From Candidatus Latescibacterota bacterium (lineage in GTDB: Bacteria > Latescibacterota > UBA2968 > UBA8231): a stretch of 64,000 nucleotides of DNA. The first letter of the stretch is position 1. Each line of letters begins with the position of its first letter. Positions 45,801 through 59,659 of this stretch are shown here, in pieces. Location of the stretch: NCBI GenBank assembly GCA_965197905.1, contig CBDAOB010000004.1, positions 1,792,001 through 1,856,000 on the forward strand, given 5' to 3'. Made by a program: the position numbers and the translations under genes. The notes below the pieces were generated by a model. It did no database searches. It saw only the letters and a list, made by a program, of their open reading frames with translations, and was not told the DNA's origin.

Positions 45801-48395
45801 CCAGACAGCGTTCGCGTGCTGCTCCTGGCCCACCCTCCAACGGGGTCCGATCCCGATACCTTGCTCGACCGCCAACAACCCGGCTTCACCGAGGAGCAAT
45901 CGCTTTCGGTGCCCTGGTCTATCGGCGTCGCCGGGAGTTATCACCTGGAGATGTTTCTCGATCCGGACGGCGAGACCGCCGATGAAAAACCCTTGAACAA
46001 CAGCTACCTGTTAGGCGTTGAAGTTCTGGAGCCCTTGATGCCGATACCGGGATCTCCAAAAACGCATGCTGTGCTACAGTCAAATGGCATCGCACTGACA
46101 GCTCTGCTGCCCATCGATGCCGGCGCGCTCGAGTGCGAGTTTGCGCTGTCCACGGGCTCCGAATTCGCAGCAGGCAACACGACCTTGTCTCCCGCCGTCG
46201 TCTCGAGGAACGGTCTGGCCACTCACGAAGTGACCGTCGAAGAAGAAAGGGTCTACTTCTGGCGCGCCCGTATCCAACGCAACGGATCAGCCGGTCCGTG
46301 GAGCGCACACCGGTCATTTTCGATCTCCAGTGAACCGAATCCCCCGGACTGGCGTCAGTCAGGTAAACAGTTTGTCGATGCGAAGATAAACCCCTTGGAA
46401 CTCGACCCGCGCGGTGGGTTGGTTTTGTCTCCGACCAAGCAGCCCTTCCGCATGACCGGTGCCCAGCGGGAAGGGTGGTTTACCGTAGCCGAGCTCGAGG
46501 GCGCCGGCGTCGTCTGCACGGATGGGAGCTATCTCTACGCCAAACGCTGGTTCAACGACCCATCCACGGTTTATCCAGGCAGCGACTATTTCACTCGGAT
46601 CGGAACCGGATTCAACGGCACTTCGGCCGGAGTGGTCTACGACACGCTAGCTGATTCCACCACCGCCGGCATCTCGGCCACCTACCACAGCGATGGGTTC
46701 ATTTACAACGAAAGCGGGCGCGCCTTCGAGTTGGAGCGCATCGCAGTTTCGACGGGAAGAATGGACACCGTCGAGGTTCCGGATGGGCTGGTGGAGTGGA
46801 AGTACGGTCGCGTGGAAGAGGGGCACTCGTTACTGACCTCCGACGGGAAACACATTTACAATGTCTCCATGAGCTCAGAAGCGGGCACGCGCAACGAGTG
46901 GCGGGTGCGGGTCTTCGATCCGGTAAACGGGTGGGCGTTGGTACGCGATTTTACCTCTCCCCCTACGGAGACCGGTTTCACCTACAAGTGGACCGATGGG
47001 GTTATCGCTGATACCGAGGACCTCTATTTCATCGAGTTCAGCGGTGGCCACCGCGTCCGACGAGTGCACCGCGCCGATGGCGCCGTGCGAGACGAGTCGG
47101 TGGGGGATCAGGATTCTACCCGAATCGTTTCGGGCCAGTACGACTGGGTCAATAATAAGGTGTGGCTTGGAGACCTCTTCGGACCCACCATCTACCGCTA
47201 TGCTGGAGGGGAGCGCGTCGAGGATGCCGAATTTGTCTCGCCAGCCATTGGGCCAGCGGCGGAATGGAGCTGGGTTGCACTCAACGGCACGGCTCCGGTG
47301 GCGCCAAACCTGCGCATCGATCTGCTCACCCGCAGCGCGGTCGACGGCACCTGGATGCCCTTGGAGGGCTTTTCCGATCTGTCTCCGAACGGGTCGATAG
47401 ATATCAGCTCGGTGTCGGCGGCCACCCATCGCTATCTCAAGCTGCGGGCGAGATTCTCTGGGGCGGCCGCCGCCACCCTGCACGACTGGTCGGTACGGTA
47501 CACACCGCTGCCATCCCTGCAGGTAGTCACCGCCACCGGCGAGGTAGATTCCTTGATGCGGATCGAGGCCGTAGTGCGGATCCTGGAGCCGCCAGCCAAC
47601 GATCCGGTCGTGATCCAGGTGGAGAATGCCGGAGGCACCGTTCTGGCCGCGCAAACCATCACCGATCTCTCCAATCCAGGTGCCGCGCAGGTGATACGTT
47701 TCGACGGCCTGCCGCCACCGGGGCCGCAAGAAGAGCGGTTCGTGCGCCTGGTCACCGCCCAGCCAGACGCGGATCCGCAGGACAACCGGCTCGCGGTAAC
47801 CTTTCCGCTCTCAGCTGCTCCGACGCTTGTTGTTGTGCCTTCCGGTCGGGCTTTTCAAGACGGGGACTTCTTGCGACCGGACGAAGCCCTGTGGATTCTC
47901 CTTGCCTCCGCGCCCGAGACGGTCGAGTTATTGGTGGACGAGGTCCATGTAGAGGCCGACTCGATACGAAACGACGACGATGGGGGTTTACGTCTGCTCT
48001 ACCGATCAACGGCCCCCGAAGGAAGACACCACCTGCTGATCAGGACCGGTGATCTGAGCGGCGGCAACCGCGACTGGTCCTACCAGTTCCTCTTGCGCGA
48101 CGATCTTAGCATCGCTCAGGCGCTGGTCTTTCCAAACCCCGTGCAAGAGAACGCCGACTTTACCTTTTCCCTCTCTCACGACGCCAAGGTGACGGTGCAG
48201 GTGTTCTCGTTGAGCGGACGCCTAGTTCGACGCCTGGGCACGGAGGAACAGCTCGCGGGATTCTGCACAGTATCGTGGGACGGTCGCGACGAAGACGGCG
48301 CACGGGTGACCAACGGCACCTACCTCTACAGAATTGATGCCCACAACGGGGCCGAAGGAGCAGTGGTACGGGCAGCGCTAACGGTGGTGCGCTGA
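42891..48395 (+). CDS. Gingipain-like C25 cysteine peptidase (PorU-related) with propeptide, CARDB/Ig-like modules and C-terminal FlgD/CTD
   Basis: HPFRYNPV propeptide; ADYLIITH, IYDEFSFG, YLLLMGD, VGRL, NFSGHG (His), LSCLNG (Cys), LFGDP; VFPNP...SGRLVR...WDGRD..G...NGTYLY. Confidence 0.88.
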   Translation: MLPVSAAALLTLFLAARCGANQLELVASDAIGLTVEFRQTAQPPIERQIQGKRFHELSVSGPRPLAPGIPSVPFRSTLIAAPAGSGLRLEVLEAHYLQYEEIDLLPVVAAIASDGGVELFRRDPLAYGTDTFGPPELATSEFLGIQRGVHSHRLQLHPFRYNPVRRVLRVFDRLVIRVHFVGGRLSKVPPIGARRSPFHGHFLNPVYPAARRPVAKTSQNEWYDRTQPWVKLVVDRDELFRVERGFLEGLDLDLNGVDPRTFRLFHRGREQRVFVSGEEDGIFDKGDFLLFYGQFRRDDRDFDSIFGRQNTYWLTWSGERGRRFVERDGAPTNQFPESIYHWSTAHFEQDLWYDPLPDAPDNLRDHWFWDQPVFATKPDVPSSRIFARDLSYPKLDEEYTARLRVALHGTTNLGHHTVVKLNNKEIDDAIWEGQVERRFEREIPSNYLRDGTNRILLQAFADQAKWDQVFFNWFAIDYRRLYRAKVGFLSFERPAIPSGERISIGGFHNRKIQLFDVANGIRFTSIEVDSTETGIAATFEHRSAEVAAFVIVDSTRILSPAGSVDEPSAWRTPDRAADYLIITHPLFVESAERLARHRQRNGLTTAIVSTEDIYDEFSFGLFDRDAVKALVQYSYDFWETRPTYLLLMGDATFDYRNLFGGGAPSFVPSTYYHARNRGHAPSDVPYGFLEGDDLLPDLAVGRLAVGSPEEAAAAVEKIIRYDTEPEPGPWRGRVVYGANYHARGLFTEPSDRLADRYTEPLGLQSIKVYNEDNAPIPNATGKRFLDALNDGALLVNFSGHGSAGTMQFLFSLQFPDWDYLSQVNNDRRLPLVLALSCLNGMFANPHVESLGEVFTDKPTGGSIAYISATAESFVAQNELLGENLFAELFERGNLAFGLSLNAAKTQVLAAHSSFKEAVLTMQLFGDPAQKLALQRAPDFVAAHLSVPSQALFPGERTSIELGLENHSISTPDSVRVLLLAHPPTGSDPDTLLDRQQPGFTEEQSLSVPWSIGVAGSYHLEMFLDPDGETADEKPLNNSYLLGVEVLEPLMPIPGSPKTHAVLQSNGIALTALLPIDAGALECEFALSTGSEFAAGNTTLSPAVVSRNGLATHEVTVEEERVYFWRARIQRNGSAGPWSAHRSFSISSEPNPPDWRQSGKQFVDAKINPLELDPRGGLVLSPTKQPFRMTGAQREGWFTVAELEGAGVVCTDGSYLYAKRWFNDPSTVYPGSDYFTRIGTGFNGTSAGVVYDTLADSTTAGISATYHSDGFIYNESGRAFELERIAVSTGRMDTVEVPDGLVEWKYGRVEEGHSLLTSDGKHIYNVSMSSEAGTRNEWRVRVFDPVNGWALVRDFTSPPTETGFTYKWTDGVIADTEDLYFIEFSGGHRVRRVHRADGAVRDESVGDQDSTRIVSGQYDWVNNKVWLGDLFGPTIYRYAGGERVEDAEFVSPAIGPAAEWSWVALNGTAPVAPNLRIDLLTRSAVDGTWMPLEGFSDLSPNGSIDISSVSAATHRYLKLRARFSGAAAATLHDWSVRYTPLPSLQVVTATGEVDSLMRIEAVVRILEPPANDPVVIQVENAGGTVLAAQTITDLSNPGAAQVIRFDGLPPPGPQEERFVRLVTAQPDADPQDNRLAVTFPLSAAPTLVVVPSGRAFQDGDFLRPDEALWILLASAPETVELLVDEVHVEADSIRNDDDGGLRLLYRSTAPEGRHHLLIRTGDLSGGNRDWSYQFLLRDDLSIAQALVFPNPVQENADFTFSLSHDAKVTVQVFSLSGRLVRRLGTEEQLAGFCTVSWDGRDEDGARVTNGTYLYRIDAHNGAEGAVVRAALTVVR

Positions 48396-48408
48396 GGGAG
48401 TTCGAACA

Positions 48409-48437
48409 TTGACACTCGCGCCCCAGCGGCCTATCAT
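48409..48437 (+). promoter_or_regulatory. sigma70 promoter for gltA
   Basis: TTGACA-N17-TATCAT. Confidence 0.7.
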
Positions 48438-48532
48438 TTCGCCGGATCGCTAACCAGCCACGGCATCCGTAGTAGCCATTACCTTCCACGATTCAAGCGT
48501 CACCACAGGACAACGCTCGAGGAGATTATCCT

Positions 48533-49822
48533 ATGACCGAAAAAGCCCAACTCAAGCTCAACGGTACCGAGCTGGAACTTCCGGTAATAGTGGGAACCGA
48601 GGATGAACATGCTCTCGACATCAAGAGTCTCAGAGCGGAGACCGGGCACATCACCCTGGACAGCGGTTTTGGCAACACCGGCTCGTGCCAAAGTGCCATA
48701 ACCTTCATCGACGGCGAGAAGGGTATCCTGCGCTATCGTGGTATTCCCATCGAAGAGCTCGCCCAACACAGCACCTTCATCGAAAGCTCTTATTTGCTCA
48801 TTTGGGGCGAGTTGCCCACGGCCGAACAGCTGGACACGTTTAGCGACCTTCTCACCAAGCACCAGATGCTGCGAGAAGAGATCCGACACCACTTCGACCT
48901 CTTTCCCGCCAACTCTCCGCCGATGGCGGTGCTGTCGGCGGTACTCAATGCCTTGAGCTGTTTTTATCCGGAGCTGGTCGAGATCGAGGACGACAACGGT
49001 TTTATCGAGGTCGCCGCCCGCATCATTGCCAAGATTCGCACCATTGCCGCCTACTCCTACCGCCACGAGATGGGTTACCAGATCAACTATCCACACCCGG
49101 ATAAAACCTTCTCCGAAAACTTTCTGCACATGATGTTCAGCGATCCGTACGTCGAGTTCGATGCGCAGCCGGAGCTGGTGCGGGCACTGGATCTGATCTT
49201 TCTACTCCATGCGGATCACGAGCAGAACTGCAGCACCTCTACGGTGCGTATGGTCGGCAGCTCCGAAGCCAACCTGTTCGCCTCGGTGGCCGCAGGAGTG
49301 TGTGCCCTCTGGGGGCCCTTGCACGGAGGCGCGAATGTTGCCGTAGTGGATATGCTGGAGCATATGCACGCGGAGAATATCTCGGTCAAAGACTTGGTAC
49401 AGCAGGTTAAAGACAAGACAGAGGGCCTGCGCTTGATGGGATTCGGTCATCGGGTGTATAAGAATTTCGACCCGCGGGCGAAGATCATTAAGCAGTCCGC
49501 AGTGGAGGTCCTGGCTAAACTGCATATCAAGGATCCGCTGCTGGACCTGGCCGAGGAGCTGGAAGAGGCCGCGTTGAACGACGATTACTTCATCGAGCGC
49601 AAACTGTATCCGAACGTCGATTTCTACAGCGGCATCATCCTGCGCGCCTTGGGCATCCCCAAGAAAATGTACACCGTCATTTTCGCCATTGGGCGTATGC
49701 CCGGTTGGATAGCCCACTGGCGGGAGATGCGCTTCATCACCAAGGACCGTATCAGCCGGCCGCGGCAGGTCTATACTGGGTATCCCCAGCGCCCGTACAT
49801 CCCCCTGGTGAATCGGCGCTGA
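48533..49822 (+). CDS. gltA: Citrate synthase
   Basis: LHADHEQNCSTS, GPLHGGAN, GFGHRVYK.FDPR, YPNVDFYSG. Confidence 0.97.
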   Translation: MTEKAQLKLNGTELELPVIVGTEDEHALDIKSLRAETGHITLDSGFGNTGSCQSAITFIDGEKGILRYRGIPIEELAQHSTFIESSYLLIWGELPTAEQLDTFSDLLTKHQMLREEIRHHFDLFPANSPPMAVLSAVLNALSCFYPELVEIEDDNGFIEVAARIIAKIRTIAAYSYRHEMGYQINYPHPDKTFSENFLHMMFSDPYVEFDAQPELVRALDLIFLLHADHEQNCSTSTVRMVGSSEANLFASVAAGVCALWGPLHGGANVAVVDMLEHMHAENISVKDLVQQVKDKTEGLRLMGFGHRVYKNFDPRAKIIKQSAVEVLAKLHIKDPLLDLAEELEEAALNDDYFIERKLYPNVDFYSGIILRALGIPKKMYTVIFAIGRMPGWIAHWREMRFITKDRISRPRQVYTGYPQRPYIPLVNRR

Positions 49823-49952
49823 CGTCTCAAGGCTCGCGACTCGAAATCCCCGGGTAGGGTGCGGCGCTTGGGTGGTTTTGCAGTTGACCCATTGATTCGT
49901 GCAGGTATTTTCAAGGGTGTCCCTACCCTCACCTCACAAGGAGAACACGACG

Positions 49953-50243
49953 TTGACCCCGACCATAAGTGTGCGCCACGACAAGGTTTCTGATGCCACT
50001 CGTGAGTACATCGAAAAGGCGTGCGAAAAGTTTGGTCAGTACTACGATCGGATCGTCGAATGCGACGTTGTAGTCGAAAAACAGAAGAAGGGAACGCAGG
50101 TGGAAATCGTTCTGAAGGTGCCGCAGCAAACCCTTACTGCTTCTTGTCTTGAGGAGAATCTCTACAAAGCTGTGGACGCCGCTAAGGAACGAATAGAAAC
50201 CCAGCTCAAGAAGTATCACGACAAGAACGTTGCCCACCGTTGA
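49953..50243 (+). CDS. hpf: Ribosome hibernation factor (short HPF/RaiA type)
   Basis: ISVRH...REY...K, LYKAVD....IE.QLKKYH.K; AAGGAG RBS before TTG. Confidence 0.85.
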   Translation: MTPTISVRHDKVSDATREYIEKACEKFGQYYDRIVECDVVVEKQKKGTQVEIVLKVPQQTLTASCLEENLYKAVDAAKERIETQLKKYHDKNVAHR

Positions 50244-50262
50244 TCTGGGCGGGGGTATCTGC

Positions 50263-50295
50263 AACCGGTCTGGCCCTGGTCAGGCCGGTTTTCTT
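50263..50295 (+). terminator. Terminator after hpf
   Basis: AACCGGTCTG / CAGGCCGGTT stem followed by TTCTT. Confidence 0.65.
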
Positions 50296-50310
50296 GTGTA
50301 CCACCTCTTC

Positions 50311-50339
50311 TTGACATGCCCAAACGGGCAACGTATGAT
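50311..50339 (+). promoter_or_regulatory. sigma70 promoter for the secretin gene, with an inverted repeat in the spacer
   Basis: TTGACA-N17-TATGAT; TGCCC-AAAC-GGGCA in the spacer. Confidence 0.65.
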
Positions 50340-50376
50340 GGGAAAAACGCGGTCCCTGGGAAAGAAATTCGGAACT

Positions 50377-52812
50377 ATGAGATATCGGCGTCCTGCCCGT
50401 TTTCTGCTGTATTTCGCCCTGTTCTCTCTGCCCATCCAGGCGCAGGCGACCGTCGATTTCGTTGTCTCGCCGCTGTCGTCCCGTTCTAAGAACATCCGTT
50501 TGTTCGAAGCGGCAGATACGCGGGTGATGCTGCCAGCGGGATACGCCCGCGATCCGTCCGCGGCCGCTTCGATGGCACTCAGAGCGGGAACCGTCGACGC
50601 TCGCGTCTATACAAAACCGAACCTCGACGGCGGTGTGCTGTCGCTGGAGCTTGCCCTCGTGCGGGGCATTACGGCGGGATACGAATTCGCCCTGTTCAGC
50701 CCGGACGGTGAAACCGCGGCCGACGACGATCTGGCGGAGGTTGCCAGGCGCTTGAAGAGGCTTCGCAAGGCGAGCGCAAAGGTGTCGCGGGGCAAGCCCG
50801 AACTAGGCTACGAGATGGTCCGCCTGGGAAACATCGAAGCCGACCGCGCCCTGGCATTGCTCAAGTCCCTGGGCTACAGCACGGTGGAGTTCTCCAGCAA
50901 AAGCAAGACCCGCGAAAAGGTCTTCGATATCAAAGGCGACCGCGACGCCGACCTGCCTCGGGTGGTCAAGGTCATAAACGACTCCAAGACCAGCCTGTTG
51001 GAGGCCGATCCAAGCGGGTCCGCGCGCAAATCGACTACCAGCAAAAGCAAGGGCGTTCAAGGTGCTCCACAGCTGGGAGGTTCGCACCTGCACAGCACCA
51101 CCACCGGATCGCCGCAGGAACGTCTCCTAATCATTTACGACAGGAACGAGCTGGAGGCGCTGGAGAAGCTGATTAACGTATTGCGCACCCAGATCGATGT
51201 TCCGGCGCAGCAGATCGTCATCGAGGCGCTGGTCATCGAGGTGAATACCAACCGCTTGCGGGATGTGGGGGTCGAGTTGACCGGTTCGAAGAACCACGTA
51301 AAGGGGTCGTTCTCGCGTCCGGAAGGAACGACCGGCAACCCGCTTACCACGCTTCTGTTCTCGCGCGAGACCTTCACGGATTTCCTCTCGTTGAAGGGGA
51401 AGCTGGAGGCTCTCGTCGAGGTCGGTGATGCGGAGATCCTGTCCAGTCCTTCGGTGTTGGTGCTCAACGACCGTCAGGCCCGGGTGCAGGTGGGTAGGCA
51501 GATACCGATCGTGCGCTCGACGACCCCCACCGCCGGGACGACGGTCAAAGGCATTGAGTATTTCCCCATCGGCATCGTGCTTAACCTCCGACCTCGCATC
51601 AACCTGGACCAGAGTGAAGTGACGATTCAGATCGAGACCATTATCAGCTCCATCTCGACCGAATCCGCTACCAAGCTAGAAGACGGCATCTCGGAGGATA
51701 TCTCGTTTGCGCCCATTGTCGACAATCGAGTGGTCGAAACCTACATCAGAGTCGCGGACGGAACCCCGTTCATCATCGGCGGATTGCTGTCGACCGAACG
51801 CTTGGACAGCAAAGTGGGCGTGCCGTTTCTGTCGGCCGTGCCGTTTTTGGGCCATCTGTTTTCCCGCAAGCGGGTAGAGAACACCCAGCGGGAGGTTATC
51901 GTCGTCATCACGCCGCACATCGTTCCGCTGGAGGCGCGGAATTTTAGCTACCTCATCCCCAAGGATTCGGACATTTTCGACCGTTTCGACACGCGGCTTT
52001 TTCGCAACGCCTATCGCGTGCGCGACGACGACATCTGGGACCTGAAGTTTATCCGTCAAAGCCCAGCCCTCCAATCTCTGCTGACAAAGGTGCGCCGGAG
52101 TGCCGCAGACAACGTGATGTTGCAGCGCCAGGAACCCTTCAAGGGCTTGCTCGCGGGTGAGATTCCAGGGGAAGAGGTGCTGGTGCGCCGCATGCTGCGA
52201 GACATCGTGAAGAAGCTCGAATTCGGCCAGGAGATCGAGACCGAAAAGGTGTTCTTCTTCGAATCCTCGAACGCGGCAGGGGCCGAAGTCGATCTGGTCG
52301 ACCGCGGACTGGATGAGGTGGTGGCGCCGGTCCTGGAGGTGCCTGAGGGCGCGGTGCTGTTGACTTTCGGCGCCCAAGACGAACCCCGGTCGGGACAGTC
52401 CTTCAGCTACCCCTCGGCGGTGGTGCAGGATACCATCGTGCCCACCGACGAGAAGGAGTTGGTCGCGTTTCTGCGACAGCTGAATCCCCTCGACGACCAA
52501 GGGCGGCCGTTGCGATGGACCATCGTGCTGGCCAGCGCCGCCGACGTGGCGCAGCTCCAACGGGTGCTGGTTCTCAAACGGTTGCTCGAGCTCAACGGCA
52601 ATTTGCGTTTGAGTCTGCAGTCGTTCCATGCCGGGCTGCAGATTCTGTTTCCCACCCGCGAGGATATGCGCAACCGGTACCACCTGATCGACGGCGAGGT
52701 AGCGCAGCTTTTCTACGAGACCTCACCCAACCAATACTATCCTGCCTTTGAGCGAATCTTCAACCGCACCGCCCAGACCGCCGAAGACTACCTGCGATCG
52801 GCCCGACCATGA
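50377..52812 (+). CDS. Secretin (type II/III secretion, GspD/PilQ-like) with long C-terminal extension
   Basis: IDVPAQQIVIEALVIEV, ILSSPSVLVLN...A.VQVG, GIVLNLRPRI, DGTPFIIGGL, GVPFLSAVPFLGHLF, EVIVVITPHIV. Confidence 0.88.
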   Translation: MRYRRPARFLLYFALFSLPIQAQATVDFVVSPLSSRSKNIRLFEAADTRVMLPAGYARDPSAAASMALRAGTVDARVYTKPNLDGGVLSLELALVRGITAGYEFALFSPDGETAADDDLAEVARRLKRLRKASAKVSRGKPELGYEMVRLGNIEADRALALLKSLGYSTVEFSSKSKTREKVFDIKGDRDADLPRVVKVINDSKTSLLEADPSGSARKSTTSKSKGVQGAPQLGGSHLHSTTTGSPQERLLIIYDRNELEALEKLINVLRTQIDVPAQQIVIEALVIEVNTNRLRDVGVELTGSKNHVKGSFSRPEGTTGNPLTTLLFSRETFTDFLSLKGKLEALVEVGDAEILSSPSVLVLNDRQARVQVGRQIPIVRSTTPTAGTTVKGIEYFPIGIVLNLRPRINLDQSEVTIQIETIISSISTESATKLEDGISEDISFAPIVDNRVVETYIRVADGTPFIIGGLLSTERLDSKVGVPFLSAVPFLGHLFSRKRVENTQREVIVVITPHIVPLEARNFSYLIPKDSDIFDRFDTRLFRNAYRVRDDDIWDLKFIRQSPALQSLLTKVRRSAADNVMLQRQEPFKGLLAGEIPGEEVLVRRMLRDIVKKLEFGQEIETEKVFFFESSNAAGAEVDLVDRGLDEVVAPVLEVPEGAVLLTFGAQDEPRSGQSFSYPSAVVQDTIVPTDEKELVAFLRQLNPLDDQGRPLRWTIVLASAADVAQLQRVLVLKRLLELNGNLRLSLQSFHAGLQILFPTREDMRNRYHLIDGEVAQLFYETSPNQYYPAFERIFNRTAQTAEDYLRSARP

Positions 52813-52835
52813 GAGGTAGGCAAAAAGGAATTCGG

Positions 52836-53290
52836 ATGATGTGTTTTACCACCTGCGTTCTGCCCTTCCTGTTGCTGGGATTGACGGCGTGCTCGGAACC
52901 GGGGCGGCAGGTCACCCGCTCCACCGAAAACGGAGCTTTTGCGCTCACCCTGAAAGCGAAGAGGGGATGGGTCAGAGTGAACGAGGTCCTGCCGATCGAA
53001 GTAAAACTGGTCAGCTTGAACGGTCCTCTAGACGACGGATTGGACGAGGAGATCGAGTTTCTGGTCAACAACGGGTCTCTCGACGAGGACGAGCTGGACG
53101 CAGTGCTCGAAGCACCTGACGACGAACACCCCGCGGCGACACCACCTTCCGTGCGTGGATCAGTTTCGAAGCCGATCCGGAGACCTCGACGGTCACCGAA
53201 AGCCAGGGGGAGATACACGCCCTGTTCCGCGACGTGCTGGCGACCTTGAAGATCCGCATCGTCGCCTCTTCTGACGATCTCAACAATTAA
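52836..53290 (+). CDS. Lipoprotein (LTAC lipobox), frameshifted at the C4 run 53129-53132
   Basis: Adding one C gives EHPRGDTTFRAWISFEADPET...LKIRIVASSDDLNN*, a more protein-like C-terminus ending at TAA 53290. Confidence 0.7.
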
Positions 53291-53440
53291 CCGGCGAAGT
53301 CCCCTAGTCCGACATCCCCTACCGCCCGTCCACCTGATCGCGCACAGGTAGTTGCACGTTTATGACAAGCACGTTTTTCACCATCCGCCTGCCCGGATCG
53401 AGGTCGGCCCTTCCGCGACTCCGCCCGCCTCCACGGCCCC

Positions 53441-53469
53441 TCGACAATATTCGTTGCATTGCATATACT
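53441..53469 (+). promoter_or_regulatory. sigma70 promoter for gltBD
   Basis: TCGACA-N17-TATACT. Confidence 0.6.
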
Positions 53470-53549
53470 TACACCCCTTTATCTCGAGCGATTCCATCGG
53501 GTTACCACTTCGATGGCAAGCTATCCGCCCAAACCCACTCAGGAAATAG

Positions 53550-58142
<4,593 letters not shown>

Positions 58143-58147
58143 CCCCA

Positions 58148-59632
58148 ATGGGCAAACCCACCGGATTTCTAGAGTTCCAGCGGCAGCTGCCGGCCGACCG
58201 ACCCCCGAAAGAACGGGTGGGCGATTGGGACGAGTTCCACCTGCACATGCCGGAGGCGAATCTGCAGGATCAGGGGGCGCGCTGCATGGATTGCGGCGTG
58301 CCGTTCTGCCATACCGGGGCTCTGATCAACGGCATGGCTTCGGGCTGTCCCATCAACAACCTCATCCCCGAATGGAACGACCTGGTGTACCGCGGCCTGT
58401 GGCGCGAGGCCCTGGAGCGTCTGCACAAGACCAACAACTTCCCAGAATTCACCGGTCGGGTCTGTCCAGCGCCGTGCGAAGGTTCGTGCGTGCTGGGGAT
58501 CGACAGTCCGCCCGTGACGATCAAGAATATCGAATGGAGCATCGTCGAACGTGGCTTCGATGAAGGGTGGATCGAACCCGAACCACCAAAGCAACGAACC
58601 GGAAAATCAGTAGCCGTCATCGGTTCCGGACCAGCTGGTCTGGCCTGTGCGGCGCAGCTCAACAAAGCGGGGCATCTAGTCACGGTGTACGAACGGGCGG
58701 ATCGCGTTGGCGGCCTGCTGATCTACGGCATTCCCAACATGAAGTTAGACAAGAAGGTCGTGCAACGTCGCATCGATCTCCTCGCGGCAGAGGGTGTGAC
58801 TTTCGTGACCGGCACGGAGATCGGACGGGATATCCAGGCAGACCAGCTGCAAGTGGAGTTCGACGCGCTCGTGCTGTGCGGAGGAGCCACCAAGGGGCGG
58901 GATCTTCCGATCGAAGGCCGCCAGCTGTCGGGGATCTACCAGGCCATGGAATTCCTACGGGTCAACACCAAGAGCCTGCTCGATTCCAACCACCGGGATG
59001 GCGCCTATATCTCCGCCCGCGACAAACATGTGATCGTGATCGGCGGAGGTGACACCGGAACCGACTGCGTGGGGACCTCCATGCGTCACGGATGCAGGAG
59101 CCTCACCCAGTTCGAGATTCTACCGCGACCGCCCGACGAACGCGCTGACGACAACCCCTGGCCTGAATGGCCCAAGGTCTATCTGCTGGACTACGGCCAG
59201 GCCGAAGCGAAGGCCCAGTTCGGCGAAGATCCCCGGGAGTACCTCATCAGCACGACCCGGTTTGTCGGCGATGACCAGCAGGCGGTGAAGGAGCTCCACA
59301 CGGTCAACGTCAAATGGGAGGTGGGGGACAACGGCCGTCGGGTGCCTGCCAAGATTCCAGGAACGGAGAAGGTCTGGCCCGCCGATCTCGTCTTGCTGGC
59401 GATGGGGTTTCTGGGACCGGAGGATGTTATGCTCGAACAGCTGGGGGTGGAGCGAGACCCGCGGTCCAACGCCAAGGCGGAGCACGGCTCCTTCTCCACC
59501 AGTGTCGACGGGATCTTCGCGGCGGGAGATATGCGACGCGGTCAGAGCCTCGTGGTTTGGGCGATCAACGAAGGTCGAGGCGCCGCCCGCGAGTGCGATC
59601 GCTACCTCATGGGCTCGACCAATCTGCCGTAG
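58148..59632 (+). CDS. gltD: Glutamate synthase small subunit
   Basis: [59 protein letters not shown]. Confidence 0.98.
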   Translation: MGKPTGFLEFQRQLPADRPPKERVGDWDEFHLHMPEANLQDQGARCMDCGVPFCHTGALINGMASGCPINNLIPEWNDLVYRGLWREALERLHKTNNFPEFTGRVCPAPCEGSCVLGIDSPPVTIKNIEWSIVERGFDEGWIEPEPPKQRTGKSVAVIGSGPAGLACAAQLNKAGHLVTVYERADRVGGLLIYGIPNMKLDKKVVQRRIDLLAAEGVTFVTGTEIGRDIQADQLQVEFDALVLCGGATKGRDLPIEGRQLSGIYQAMEFLRVNTKSLLDSNHRDGAYISARDKHVIVIGGGDTGTDCVGTSMRHGCRSLTQFEILPRPPDERADDNPWPEWPKVYLLDYGQAEAKAQFGEDPREYLISTTRFVGDDQQAVKELHTVNVKWEVGDNGRRVPAKIPGTEKVWPADLVLLAMGFLGPEDVMLEQLGVERDPRSNAKAEHGSFSTSVDGIFAAGDMRRGQSLVVWAINEGRGAARECDRYLMGSTNLP

Positions 59633-59659
59633 GATCCCGTTGCACGGTGGGTCGGGATC

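Noticed and set aside
53514..53528. Sigma54 promoter (TGGCAAGCTATCCGC) before gltB
   Set aside because: GG-N10-GC spacing fits, but the -12 element is poor, it would leave almost no leader, and a better sigma70 promoter lies upstream.
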